Notes: generated by a model from the letters alone, not told the origin. A DNA stretch of 32,000 nt from Candidatus Nanosynbacter lyticus (GCF_030253515.1 NZ_CP124549.1:540001-572000); one strand, 5' to 3'; positions 15,439 to 23,358 are shown, numbered from the stretch's first letter. A program made the numbers and translations.

Positions 15439-16184
15439 GAGCTTTACTATTTGCTAAACGCTGTACAAAAGAAGTTGTACGCGATCCGATCAATCTATTC
15501 TTTGGATTAGTCTTTCCACTCGTTTTGCTTGGACTACTCTCTATTATAAATGTCAGCATTCCCGCCGAAGCCAATAATACTATGTTTGCCATCAAAAATT
15601 TGGCACCAGGTATCGCAATGTTCGGTACGGCATTCCTAGCACTATTCTCAGGTATGCTCCTAGCAAAAGACCGAACTTCATCATTCCTGATGCGTCTGTT
15701 TACCTCGCCTATGACAGCCCGAGATTTTATCATTGGATACACAATTCCGATGATTATCATTGCTACCATGCAGGCAGTGATTACCCTCGTTATCGCCTGC
15801 TTTATCGGGCTCGACTTTTCAGTGCATATTATTGGGGCAATCGTTATTACAACGGTAACGTCGCTTCTATTTGTTGGATGTGGGTTATTCTTCGGCAGTC
15901 TCATCAACGAGCGAGCAGTTGGCGGTATATGTGGCGCCCTGCTAACCAATGTCGCTGGCTGGCTGTCGGGCGTATTTGTCCCGGTCGATCTCATCGGCGG
16001 TGGCTTTAAAATGGTTGCGGAAGCACTGCCATTTTACCACAGTGTTGCCGCCATTAAAGGCAGCATTGAGGGGAATTGGCAAGTCATCACACCACATCTA
16101 CTGATTGTTTTGTGTTATACCACCGTTATCTTTACACTCGCTATCTATATCTTTCGGCGAAAGATGACCGGGCGAAACACCTGA
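15435..16184 (+). CDS. ABC-2 type transporter permease
   Basis: 249-aa ORF with 6 predicted TM helices and an N-terminus typical of ABC-2 permeases (KEVVRDPINLFFGLVFPL). Translationally coupled to the ATPase gene. Confidence 0.85.
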   Translation: MRALLFAKRCTKEVVRDPINLFFGLVFPLVLLGLLSIINVSIPAEANNTMFAIKNLAPGIAMFGTAFLALFSGMLLAKDRTSSFLMRLFTSPMTARDFIIGYTIPMIIIATMQAVITLVIACFIGLDFSVHIIGAIVITTVTSLLFVGCGLFFGSLINERAVGGICGALLTNVAGWLSGVFVPVDLIGGGFKMVAEALPFYHSVAAIKGSIEGNWQVITPHLLIVLCYTTVIFTLAIYIFRRKMTGRNT

Positions 16185-16220
16185 TTTACCTGGCACACTA
16201 GAACTCAACTATCCATCGCG

Positions 16221-16246
16221 AAAGCCGCCTCTTACCGGCGGCTTTT
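16221..16246 (+). terminator. Intrinsic terminator of the ABC operon
   Basis: 9-bp stem AAAGCCGCC / GGCGGCTTT (16221-16229 paired with 16237-16245) with a 7-nt loop. The T-run 16243-16246 (TTTT) overlaps the 3' arm of the stem. Confidence 0.7.
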
Positions 16247-16256
16247 GTAACGATTA

Positions 16257-16342
16257 TGGTGCGCGAGGCGGGAATCGAACCCGCACGACTTTTGGTCAAG
16301 GGATTTTAAGTCCCTCGCGTCTACCAATTCCGCCACTCGCGC
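16257..16342 (-). tRNA. tRNA-Leu (anticodon UAA)
   Basis: 86-nt cloverleaf: acceptor GCGCGAG/CTCGCGC, anticodon arm AGGGA-CTTAAAA-TCCCT, long variable arm, T-arm GCGGG-TTCGATT-CCCGC, and an encoded CCA. Confidence 0.9.
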
Positions 16343-16364
16343 CTATCCGTAGTATACTATATTT

Positions 16365-16600
16365 ATGCGGCAAATTGTACACATCCACGGCGGCAATACG
16401 TTCAATAGTTATGTGCAATATCTTGAGACACTCAAAAATGACCCCATTCGGTATGAGTGACTGCTCTACACACCAACATGGCGTAAATGGTTGACCTAAA
16501 CATGAATGATGCTGATCTTGTTGACCGACATGCCAAACTCGATTTACTGTTTCAAAAATTATTCTATTCAATTAGATAAACTGTTTGTAGATTATCCTCA
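16365..16600 (+). pseudogene. Decayed and truncated alpha/beta-hydrolase-like gene (YdeN/serine-hydrolase type)
   Basis: A single frame reads MRQIVHIHGGNTFNSYVQYLETLKNDPIRYE*LLYTPTWRKWLT*T*MMLILLTDMPNSIY..., with in-frame TGA 16458, TAA 16497 and TGA 16503. The HGG...Y..YL..LK...W..WL...MPN order resembles small esterases. A native-style TATACT (16353-16358) lies 6 nt before the ATG. The 3' part is lost in the AT-rich segment. The family call is from memory only. Confidence 0.4.
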
Positions 16601-16609
16601 TTTTACATA

Positions 16610-16984
16610 CTACATCTTAAATGCCGTTATCCAAAAACATATTCCGGCTATAAGTGAGATCGGAGTCATAACATATTTTTCTTTCTTACTTTTTGAAATC
16701 ATGTTCATAATCGTATTCAAAGTTAGGTAAGCGGCGAAGAAGAAACAAATATATTTGGTAACCGTAAAAGGCAACCATAAGGAAATAAAACCCCCGGCTT
16801 GCAAAATAATTATCATTGCAAAAATTTGGATAACCACCGAAATGACTGCCATAACTCTAAATTTCTTAGGTAAGATTTTATGTTGTCCACCCATGGTAAA
16901 TTCGCCCAAAGGCAAGCCGCAAGCAACAAGAACGGTCATAGTTGCTATAATTCCAAATAATACTGCACCTGATATTGAAAACAT
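16610..16984 (-). CDS. Hypothetical small 4-TM membrane protein (AT-rich islet)
   Basis: 124-aa ORF with four hydrophobic helices. AGGGAGA lies 10 nt upstream. A local 100-nt hand count gives about 30% GC against about 49% in core genes. Confidence 0.6.
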   Translation of the reverse strand: MFSISGAVLFGIIATMTVLVACGLPLGEFTMGGQHKILPKKFRVMAVISVVIQIFAMIIILQAGGFISLWLPFTVTKYICFFFAAYLTLNTIMNMISKSKKEKYVMTPISLIAGICFWITAFKM

Positions 16985-17068
16985 AACTCAATATTCTCCC
17001 TTCGCAAAATACAAAAATTCAGTTACAAATTCAACTTTATTTCACTCAATATTTTTATTTATAATTAT

Positions 17069-17088
17069 AGCTCTCCAAGAGAGCTTTT
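17069..17088 (+). terminator. Orphan hairpin plus T-run at the edge of the AT-rich islet
   Basis: AGCTCTC caa GAGAGCT (17069-17085) followed by TTT. The T-run is on the plus strand, where no intact gene is present. It may be a relic terminator of the decayed plus-strand gene. Confidence 0.25.
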
Positions 17089-17099
17089 ATCGACAATCC

Positions 17100-17173
17100 T
17101 GGAGGCACGTACGAGAGTCGAACTCGTCTAAAAGGTTTTGCAGACCTCTGCGTAACCGCTCCGCCAACGCGCC
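17100..17173 (-). tRNA. tRNA-Cys (anticodon GCA)
   Basis: 74-nt cloverleaf: acceptor GGCGCGT/ACGTGCC, anticodon loop CTGCAAA, T-arm with TTCGACT, discriminator U73 (typical of tRNA-Cys), and an encoded CCA. Confidence 0.9.
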
Positions 17174-17186
17174 GCTCTGTTACATT

Positions 17187-17274
17187 TGGTGCGAGCGAGA
17201 AGACTTGAACTTCCACGAGCATAATGCTCACTAGCCCCTCAAGCTAGCGCGTCTACCAATTCCGCCACGCCCGC
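17187..17274 (-). tRNA. tRNA-Leu (anticodon GAG)
   Basis: 88-nt cloverleaf: acceptor GCGGGCG/CGCTCGC, anticodon arm CTAGC-TTGAGGG-GCTAG, long variable arm, and an encoded CCA. Confidence 0.9.
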
Positions 17275-17298
17275 ATGACCACTTACCATTATACCTGA

Positions 17299-19092
17299 TT
17301 ACGGTGTTTTGTAAACGGATTCGCGGCGAACTGTCCAGTAGATCACGTCGGCAAACCGATCGGTGGGATATACCAACCGCATTGACTTATCAAGCGCCGA
17401 CACGGAACGCAAGTGAATGTAATCCAGTTGCACTTGATATAGTGCGAGGGCCGGCACATCGGACTGCCAATGCTTGGTAAACGCTTGGTATTTGCTAACC
17501 CGTTGCTTGGCGCTTTGTTTGGTGCGACCAGCCGCGAGGGCATCATCGGCCACCGCGCTGTTATAGTTAGCAAAATTGAGACCACCTTGATTGGCCTGTG
17601 ACGAATGCCAGTAGGCAAAGACATCGGCGTCACCGCCCAGCACTAACTCATACAATAGCACATCAAAGCCGCGCGGCCGCAGGACGGACTGCAAAACGTT
17701 CTGCGAGGCATCATTTGGATCAACCACCCGCAAGTCAACGGTGATATGCAGCGTTTCCTGCCAGACTTTTACGAGTTCACGCGCAATAGTTTCAAAATCA
17801 GAGCCTTTGAGCGTCACGAACGATAGCTGCAAAACCTGCTCACCCTTTTTACGCTGATTACCGACTACCTTCCACCCCTCTTCGTCCAGTAACTTTTTTG
17901 CTGCTTCTGTGTCATACGGCAAACGACCGGCCAGTTGCCCGTCTACTTGGTCGTCAAAAATTGGGCCGTGTAGTGGCTTCTTGGCGAAAGCAAACTTCTC
18001 GCGTAGCGCTTGGGTATTAATCGACTGGACCAGTGCTTGTCGAACTTTGCGCGAACTCACCACTTCGCTCTGGGTATTAAATAATGCATAAACGCCATCG
18101 TTAATAGCGTACGACCGCGAGGCATACATGTGACGGATCTGGTCTGACTGAGCCATATATGACAACTCCGGTGTCGCCATAATTTCACTCGTCTTGAGAC
18201 CTTTGGTTATCTCGTCCCGCGTCGGATATACATACAGCTGAAAGCGATCCAGCTTTGGCGCGCCATGATGATACTGCGAGTTAGCCACGAGGTGAAGCAC
18301 TTTTTTCGACCCATCAGCATTGGCATTCTGTAGAATCCGCATAGCAAACGGCCCAGAGGTTACGGGCGACTTGCCATAACCATGCTCACGTAGCTCGGCC
18401 GGATTAACTTCACTGAGGCTGTGCTGAGGCAAAACCGGAAAGGTGAGGGCGTGCATGAATGGTGCGTATGGGGCCGGCAGGATAAATTGCACCGTTCGCT
18501 CGTCAACCTGCTTGACGTTGATCGACTGCCAGCCGGTAATTGACGATTGTGTCCGTGCATCCTTGAGTAGATTAACAGTAAACACCACGTCGCGAGCATC
18601 CAGCGGCGCTCCGTCTGACCACTTGAGATTACGGCGCAATTTGACCGTATACTCAGTCTCGGCCTCATTGACTGTGACCGACTCAGCAAGATCACCCTTG
18701 ATATGACCAGTCGCATCATAATTATAGAGGCTCGCAAACATCAGCCGAGCCGCTGATTTTTCGGCACTACTACGAGCAAAGATTGGGTTCAGTGTCTCTA
18801 ATGGGCCCAGCACGCCCTCTGAATACGACCCACCCCTGGCTGGTGCGTTATGAGCATATAATTCACGAAATGACAGCCACTGCACCATGCTGATGGTAAT
18901 CAATAGAATAACCAGAAAGATCCACCCCAGGACATGCCGCTTAACTCCAGCCAAATGTTCGAGGCGCGAAGAGATAAACATATGCGTGTGACGCAAGGTC
19001 GTTTTAGTCAGTTTTTGTGCTTGCCCATCAAGATCTTTTGTTGCGAAGTCCAGTCGCAGAAATTTTTTCCAAGATGATTTTTTTGTGTCCAA
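17299..19092 (-). CDS. ABC transporter substrate-binding protein, family 5 (peptide/nickel type), membrane-anchored
   Basis: 597-aa ORF with an N-terminal TM anchor and the SBP_bac_5-like segment YTVKLRRNLKWSDGAPLDARDVVF. TTG start with AGGAG 6 nt upstream. No cognate permease or ATPase genes are adjacent. Confidence 0.85.
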   Translation of the reverse strand: MDTKKSSWKKFLRLDFATKDLDGQAQKLTKTTLRHTHMFISSRLEHLAGVKRHVLGWIFLVILLITISMVQWLSFRELYAHNAPARGGSYSEGVLGPLETLNPIFARSSAEKSAARLMFASLYNYDATGHIKGDLAESVTVNEAETEYTVKLRRNLKWSDGAPLDARDVVFTVNLLKDARTQSSITGWQSINVKQVDERTVQFILPAPYAPFMHALTFPVLPQHSLSEVNPAELREHGYGKSPVTSGPFAMRILQNANADGSKKVLHLVANSQYHHGAPKLDRFQLYVYPTRDEITKGLKTSEIMATPELSYMAQSDQIRHMYASRSYAINDGVYALFNTQSEVVSSRKVRQALVQSINTQALREKFAFAKKPLHGPIFDDQVDGQLAGRLPYDTEAAKKLLDEEGWKVVGNQRKKGEQVLQLSFVTLKGSDFETIARELVKVWQETLHITVDLRVVDPNDASQNVLQSVLRPRGFDVLLYELVLGGDADVFAYWHSSQANQGGLNFANYNSAVADDALAAGRTKQSAKQRVSKYQAFTKHWQSDVPALALYQVQLDYIHLRSVSALDKSMRLVYPTDRFADVIYWTVRRESVYKTP

Positions 19093-19101
19093 GGCGCGCT
19101 C

Positions 19102-19338
19102 CTAGCCCTTCAGACTCGGCAGCACCAAACTCGCCAAGATCGACAGTACGAACACAACAGCAAACACGATAGTCACATCAAACAAGTTCTTGTCAAAACC
19201 TCGCCGCGTGGTGAACAGCTCGCCCGACGAGCCAAATCCTGCGCCTAGGCTCGCGCCACGCTGCTGCAACAATATGGCAATGATCATCAAAATGGCTGAT
19301 CCTAATGTGACATACGGCAAAATAGTATCAAGTGACAT
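19102..19338 (-). CDS. secG: Preprotein translocase subunit SecG
   Basis: 78 aa with two TM helices flanking the LLQQRGASLGAGFGSSGELFTTRRG motif typical of SecG. Confidence 0.85.
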   Translation of the reverse strand: MSLDTILPYVTLGSAILMIIAILLQQRGASLGAGFGSSGELFTTRRGFDKNLFDVTIVFAVVFVLSILASLVLPSLKG

Positions 19339-19347
19339 GCTTTCTCC

Positions 19348-19719
19348 TTATTCTGGCGCCGGCTTGATAACGAAGGCGCTACTTACTATATAGTTTACCA
19401 GACTGAGTATGATTCCGGCAAGAATTGACGAGCCAAAACTCATGGATAATCCCGGCGCCAGTGCCAATGATATGTAAACCATGATGCCATTCACCACCAG
19501 CGTAAATAAGCCGAGCGTCAGTAAGATCGCCGGTAGCGACAAAATGACAACGATTGGTTTTAAGATAGAGTTGATGATCGAAAAGATGAGGCCAGCGAGG
19601 ACAAACGTTGCCGTCGTCTCGACCACTGGCTCACTCGTCCCGAGAAGCCGCACCGCCACCCAGATACCAACAGAATTAAGTACCCACCTAACAAAAAATA
19701 TTGCAAATTGTCGTCTCAT
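19348..19719 (-). CDS. DUF360 / phage-holin-4-like family membrane protein
   Basis: 123 aa, 4 TM helices, and the pattern AGLIFSIINSILKPIVVILSLPAILLTLGLFTLVVNG typical of the YvlD/DUF360 family. Confidence 0.75.
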   Translation of the reverse strand: MRRQFAIFFVRWVLNSVGIWVAVRLLGTSEPVVETTATFVLAGLIFSIINSILKPIVVILSLPAILLTLGLFTLVVNGIMVYISLALAPGLSMSFGSSILAGIILSLVNYIVSSAFVIKPAPE

Positions 19720-19744
19720 GACTACATTTCATTATATCATAACG

Positions 19745-20113
19745 CTAACAGGCGCCGTCGACTACCTTGCGCTCAGTGCTCTTGATGTGCATCTGGAGTT
19801 GCTGGCGACTACTCGTCCCCTCAACGCAGATTGCGGCCGGCGTCGAGCCAGACGGCGGGATTGTTCGTACAGTGATTACGATGTCTGGCGAGCCACTTTT
19901 GAACGACTGCGGCAACGTCGCTGGGTATGACCCTTTGAAGTTTTTCTCCTGCTCCGCCGCTGATAGCGCGTTCTGTAGATCTGACGTTATGGCTTTACGT
20001 ACCGTCTCTTTGCGCCACCCGTTATAGCTGACGAGACCGATGCCCGCCAAGATGCCGATAACCACAACGACAATTAGTATTTCTATGACGGTAAATCCAT
20101 ACTTGCGACTCAT
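19745..20113 (-). CDS. Prepilin-type N-terminal cleavage/methylation domain protein (type IV pilin or pseudopilin)
   Basis: MSRKYG/FTVIEILIVVVVIGILAGI: a class III signal peptide with G-1, F+1 and E+5, followed by a small globular domain with two Cys residues. Confidence 0.8.
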   Translation of the reverse strand: MSRKYGFTVIEILIVVVVIGILAGIGLVSYNGWRKETVRKAITSDLQNALSAAEQEKNFKGSYPATLPQSFKSGSPDIVITVRTIPPSGSTPAAICVEGTSSRQQLQMHIKSTERKVVDGAC

Positions 20114-20115
20114 AC

Positions 20116-21708
20116 TTATGATGATAGCATAAGTATAATCTTTCTCGCTAGCTCTTTACCTATAATTTTTTCGAGATCAGTCAACGAGGCGTTCCGTATG
20201 TGGTTGATACTGCCAAATTTTTTCAGCAATTTGGCGCGGGTTTTTGGTCCCACACCAGGAATTTCCTCCAGCTGATTTTTCGTTTGCTGCTGGCGCTTGA
20301 GTGCGGTGTGGTAGCTCACCGCAAAGCGGTGCGACTCGTCGCGGATGCGCTGGAACAGTTTGATTATATCAGTTGTCGCAAGGGTATTCTCGTCCGCCGT
20401 CGGGTGTTCGCTACGAGCTTGCTCCATGCTAGCCCGTAAGTTTTTTGAGTGCGAACTGGCGTTACGCTGGCCTGGGTGTAAATCCAGCACATAAACCTCA
20501 CCGTCTTCGTGAATCATAATATCCGTCCGTGACTGCGACCTAATTTGCTCAATGAACGCTATATCAATCTGTGAACCAGTTTTATGTACCAGCAACTCTT
20601 CCTCACGCTTGGCGATGCTGACAATCGGCACAGTGACGCCACGCTCATCACGCGCTCTGATGGCCGCCGCTAGCTGACCTTTTCCGCCGTCAATAAGTAG
20701 TAAATCGGGACGACCCCAGCTTTTCAGATGACGCTCGCTCAGCCGGCGAAAAATCGTCTCATACATATTGCTGGTGTCATCATTTTTCTCGCTGACTTTG
20801 AACTTGCGGTACTCCGCCCGGTCGCTGACGCCATTGGTAAATACCACCAGACTGGCGACAACCTGCTGGCCACTCATATGCGAAATGTCATATCCCTCGA
20901 TGCGCACCGGGATATCTTTTAGGCCCAACAATTTCGCCAAATCAGCCAGTGCCTTGTCCTTCGAAATATCCAAAAACTCTTTGTCGCCGAAACAAACCCG
21001 CCGCTGCAATTCCTGCATGGCGCGTAGTTTATTGCGAAGGTCGGCCGCCCGCTCAAAATCATGCAGCCCAGCTGCCGTTTTCATGTCGCGTTCCAGCTCG
21101 GCGGCGATGGCTTTACGATTGCCCTTGATGTAGCTGATGAGCTTGCGTAAAGTGGCTTTGTAGGCGGCTGACCCATCACTCAGCCGCGGACTCAAGCCCA
21201 AATCTTCATCCAATTTCGACTGCCCCGGCCGGCGCTGCCTGGTCAAATACGGAAACACTCGCCGCAAATATCGCAAGGCTTTTTTCAAAGCAAAGCCATT
21301 GTAAAACGGGCCAACATATTCTGCCCCATCATCAGCTGGATTGCGCGTAAAACTGACAGTCGGCCACTCGCTTTTCATGTCGATGCGCACATACATCTGC
21401 GATTTATCGTCACGCAGCAGCACGTTGTAGCGCGGCATATAGCGTTTGACCATCTCGCTTTCCAGAAACAGCGCATCAACCTCACTCTCGGTCTCAATCC
21501 AATCGGTATCAGCAATTTCCGCCACTAACGCCATGGTTTTATTGTCCCGCCCGCGCGAATCCTGAAAGTACTGGCGCACGCGGTTTTTCAGCACCGCCGC
21601 CTTGCCCACATAAATAATCTCGCCGCTAGCAGACTTATGAAAATAGACACCGGGAGTGCGCGGCAGGGTTTTAAGTTTTTGCTGCAGTCGTTGATTCACA
21701 GCTACCAT
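20116..21708 (-). CDS. uvrC: Excinuclease ABC subunit C
   Basis: GIY-YIG N-terminus (GVYFHK..GEIIYVGKA), UVR domain (FERAADLRNKLRAMQEL) and C-terminal HhH (IPGVGPKTRAKLLKKFGS). Compact at 530 aa. Confidence 0.9.
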   Translation of the reverse strand: MVAVNQRLQQKLKTLPRTPGVYFHKSASGEIIYVGKAAVLKNRVRQYFQDSRGRDNKTMALVAEIADTDWIETESEVDALFLESEMVKRYMPRYNVLLRDDKSQMYVRIDMKSEWPTVSFTRNPADDGAEYVGPFYNGFALKKALRYLRRVFPYLTRQRRPGQSKLDEDLGLSPRLSDGSAAYKATLRKLISYIKGNRKAIAAELERDMKTAAGLHDFERAADLRNKLRAMQELQRRVCFGDKEFLDISKDKALADLAKLLGLKDIPVRIEGYDISHMSGQQVVASLVVFTNGVSDRAEYRKFKVSEKNDDTSNMYETIFRRLSERHLKSWGRPDLLLIDGGKGQLAAAIRARDERGVTVPIVSIAKREEELLVHKTGSQIDIAFIEQIRSQSRTDIMIHEDGEVYVLDLHPGQRNASSHSKNLRASMEQARSEHPTADENTLATTDIIKLFQRIRDESHRFAVSYHTALKRQQQTKNQLEEIPGVGPKTRAKLLKKFGSINHIRNASLTDLEKIIGKELARKIILMLSS

Positions 21709-21720
21709 TATATCAAGCGA

Positions 21721-22524
21721 TCATGTCTTGCCGACAAAACCGCTGAGCACGCCGTCCAGCTCGCCTTGAGCAAGCCGCACTGCCCACTCTTGACGCTCAA
21801 GAAATGATAGCAATCCAGCCTTTAGCCCAAACCAGCCTAACTTTTGTCTAGCTTCGGCAACTTTTCTCGATTGTTCTCTAAATGTATAATACTGGTCGCG
21901 ATAATCTTGCGGAATATCTGCAATTTTGCGGTTTGGCATTATAATATTGATTAATTCCTCGACTTTTTCTTTGTCTTTTGGACGCCAGCCGGTAATTGAA
22001 CGACATCCGTACGCCCCTAATTGAGCAATTGGATTAAGGATAGCGCATACTGTCTCGCCATCTCTCTTGACAAGCCACTGATCAAGGCTAGATGAAGGAA
22101 TTTCCGTCTCGATACCGCCAAGGCGCCAGTATAGACGACCTTCATCATCAATATAACGATCACCAACGAAGTCAAATATACCACGACGATTTTTTTCGTA
22201 TGGATTAAGCCCAAAGGTTGAAATTACCATCTTATCACCGACAGCATCGGTAATTTTCCGCTGGCAACCTTTCACAACGACCTTATCTGTGCTTTGCACT
22301 AATGTGTCAAGGTCTCGCACCGTACCGTTATCACGTAGACGCGGTAAATGCACGTCATTAGGCAGACAAACGACATGATTATCCCAATCAATTTTGGCAG
22401 CGTTGGTAACTGCATGTAGACCTAGCCCACCGACAACATTATACGGAACTTCGCGATCTTTCATTCTGTCATGAATGCTGCGTCTTACCAGCAGCGAGTA
22501 TATATTTTCTGAAACTTCACTCAT
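21721..22524 (-). CDS. Hypothetical protein, weak nucleotidyltransferase-like motif
   Basis: 267-aa ORF with AAGGA 7 nt upstream of the ATG. It contains VVGGLG ... (about 40 aa) ... VRDLDTLV, which is reminiscent of the NTase G-[GS]...D-x-D pattern but with atypically long spacing. No confident family. Looks visibly more AT-rich than uvrC or the HD gene. Confidence 0.7.
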   Translation of the reverse strand: MSEVSENIYSLLVRRSIHDRMKDREVPYNVVGGLGLHAVTNAAKIDWDNHVVCLPNDVHLPRLRDNGTVRDLDTLVQSTDKVVVKGCQRKITDAVGDKMVISTFGLNPYEKNRRGIFDFVGDRYIDDEGRLYWRLGGIETEIPSSSLDQWLVKRDGETVCAILNPIAQLGAYGCRSITGWRPKDKEKVEELINIIMPNRKIADIPQDYRDQYYTFREQSRKVAEARQKLGWFGLKAGLLSFLERQEWAVRLAQGELDGVLSGFVGKT

Positions 22525-22542
22525 ACTATAGTCCTTGTCCGC

Positions 22543-23280
22543 CTATTGTAAATCATTTGCCTTAGTTATATCAAGTAAATACCCTTCCAAAAACTCACTC
22601 CACTCCGGCACATTCTTCTCGCGGAAATAGGCACGAAGGAAATCAACCATAACGTGCTGACGCTCCCTCGCCTCTATTCGCCCCGGCTCCGTTAGCATCA
22701 AGTCTTTCAGTTTCAGCAGCTTTTCAAAAAAGTGATTAATAAAGCCGTCGGTATCATGTGTGTTGCCGCTAACGTCGTATTCGTGCGCCGCTAAATCAAT
22801 ATTTGGCCAAACCGCGGGGTCAAAAATCCGCCCGCCGTGATGGCAGGCATACATCAATCCTCGCTCAATCCCAACCGCACCAATAGCATCGCACATGTCA
22901 GCGTCAGACACCAGCTGTCCCGCCAGCCGCTGCGGCTTTTTGCCGTTCAGTCGTTTACTATACCCAATCGCCGCAATATTTTCTAATACCGCCTGACGTA
23001 GATCAGCGGCCACTCCCGCCTCCGCCATACTATTGACCGCGTTCGTCAATTTCTCTGCCTGCGCTTTGCCGACTAATTTGTAATCATCAACGTCATGCAA
23101 CCAAGCCGTCAACAGCACTTCGTACAGGTCTACCGGCTCATTACATTCGCTCGCAAAACGTTCCGCCAGCAGCGCCACTCGCTCAACGTGATCATCAGCA
23201 TGGCCTGATGGATCGCCGCCTAATATATCACGCACTTTATTTTTTATTGTCTCAAGTTGAGCTATCTGCCGTTCGTTCAT
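22543..23280 (-). CDS. HD-domain phosphohydrolase (YedJ-like)
   Basis: H..HV.RV (DDHVERV), LHDVDD (the HD motif), SDADMCDAIGAVGIERG and INHFFEKLLKL, matching the HD superfamily YedJ-type layout. Confidence 0.85.
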   Translation of the reverse strand: MNERQIAQLETIKNKVRDILGGDPSGHADDHVERVALLAERFASECNEPVDLYEVLLTAWLHDVDDYKLVGKAQAEKLTNAVNSMAEAGVAADLRQAVLENIAAIGYSKRLNGKKPQRLAGQLVSDADMCDAIGAVGIERGLMYACHHGGRIFDPAVWPNIDLAAHEYDVSGNTHDTDGFINHFFEKLLKLKDLMLTEPGRIEARERQHVMVDFLRAYFREKNVPEWSEFLEGYLLDITKANDLQ

Positions 23281-23286
23281 GAGTTT

Positions 23287-23295
23287 ATTGTATCA
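23287..23295 (-). promoter_or_regulatory. Extended -10 box (TGaTACAAT) 6 nt upstream of the HD gene ATG
   Basis: Minus strand reads TGA TACAAT AAACTC ATG (ATG at 23278-23280). Confidence 0.45.
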
Positions 23296-23346
23296 CCCAT
23301 GCAGGTCTCGACCCACTAAACTATTTTCATTTTAGCCAAGAGGCGC

Positions 23347-23352
23347 TATAGT
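23347..23352 (+). promoter_or_regulatory. -10 box TATAGT 6 nt upstream of GTG 23359
   Basis: TATAGT AGTGAT GTG. A weak -35 (TTTTCA) lies 17 nt upstream. Confidence 0.35.
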
Positions 23353-23358
23353 AGTGAT

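Noticed and set aside
15383-15994. Long antisense ORFs in the track: 15383-15994 (203 aa), 4595-5233 (212 aa), 2493-2996 (167 aa), 10534-11091 (185 aa), 455-694 (79 aa), and many shorter ones.
   Set aside because: Each lies fully opposite a gene with strong family motifs. They have no SD or promoter and show low-complexity or Arg/Ser/Pro-rich composition typical of antisense frames. ORF 455-694 is antisense to rpmF.
16458-16505. In-frame TGA codons in a protein-like frame raised the possibility of UGA recoding (genetic code 25 or 4).
   Set aside because: A TAA also interrupts the same frame. Many well-conserved genes in the window (nusB, gatA, gatB, the Nudix gene, the abrB-like gene) end at TGA exactly where homologs should end. 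No other conserved gene contains an internal TGA. A pseudogene is the simpler explanation.
16296-16571. A 91-aa minus-strand ORF spanning the tRNA-Leu(UAA) gene.
   Set aside because: It overlaps a well-formed tRNA and the plus-strand pseudogene, and it has no translation signals.
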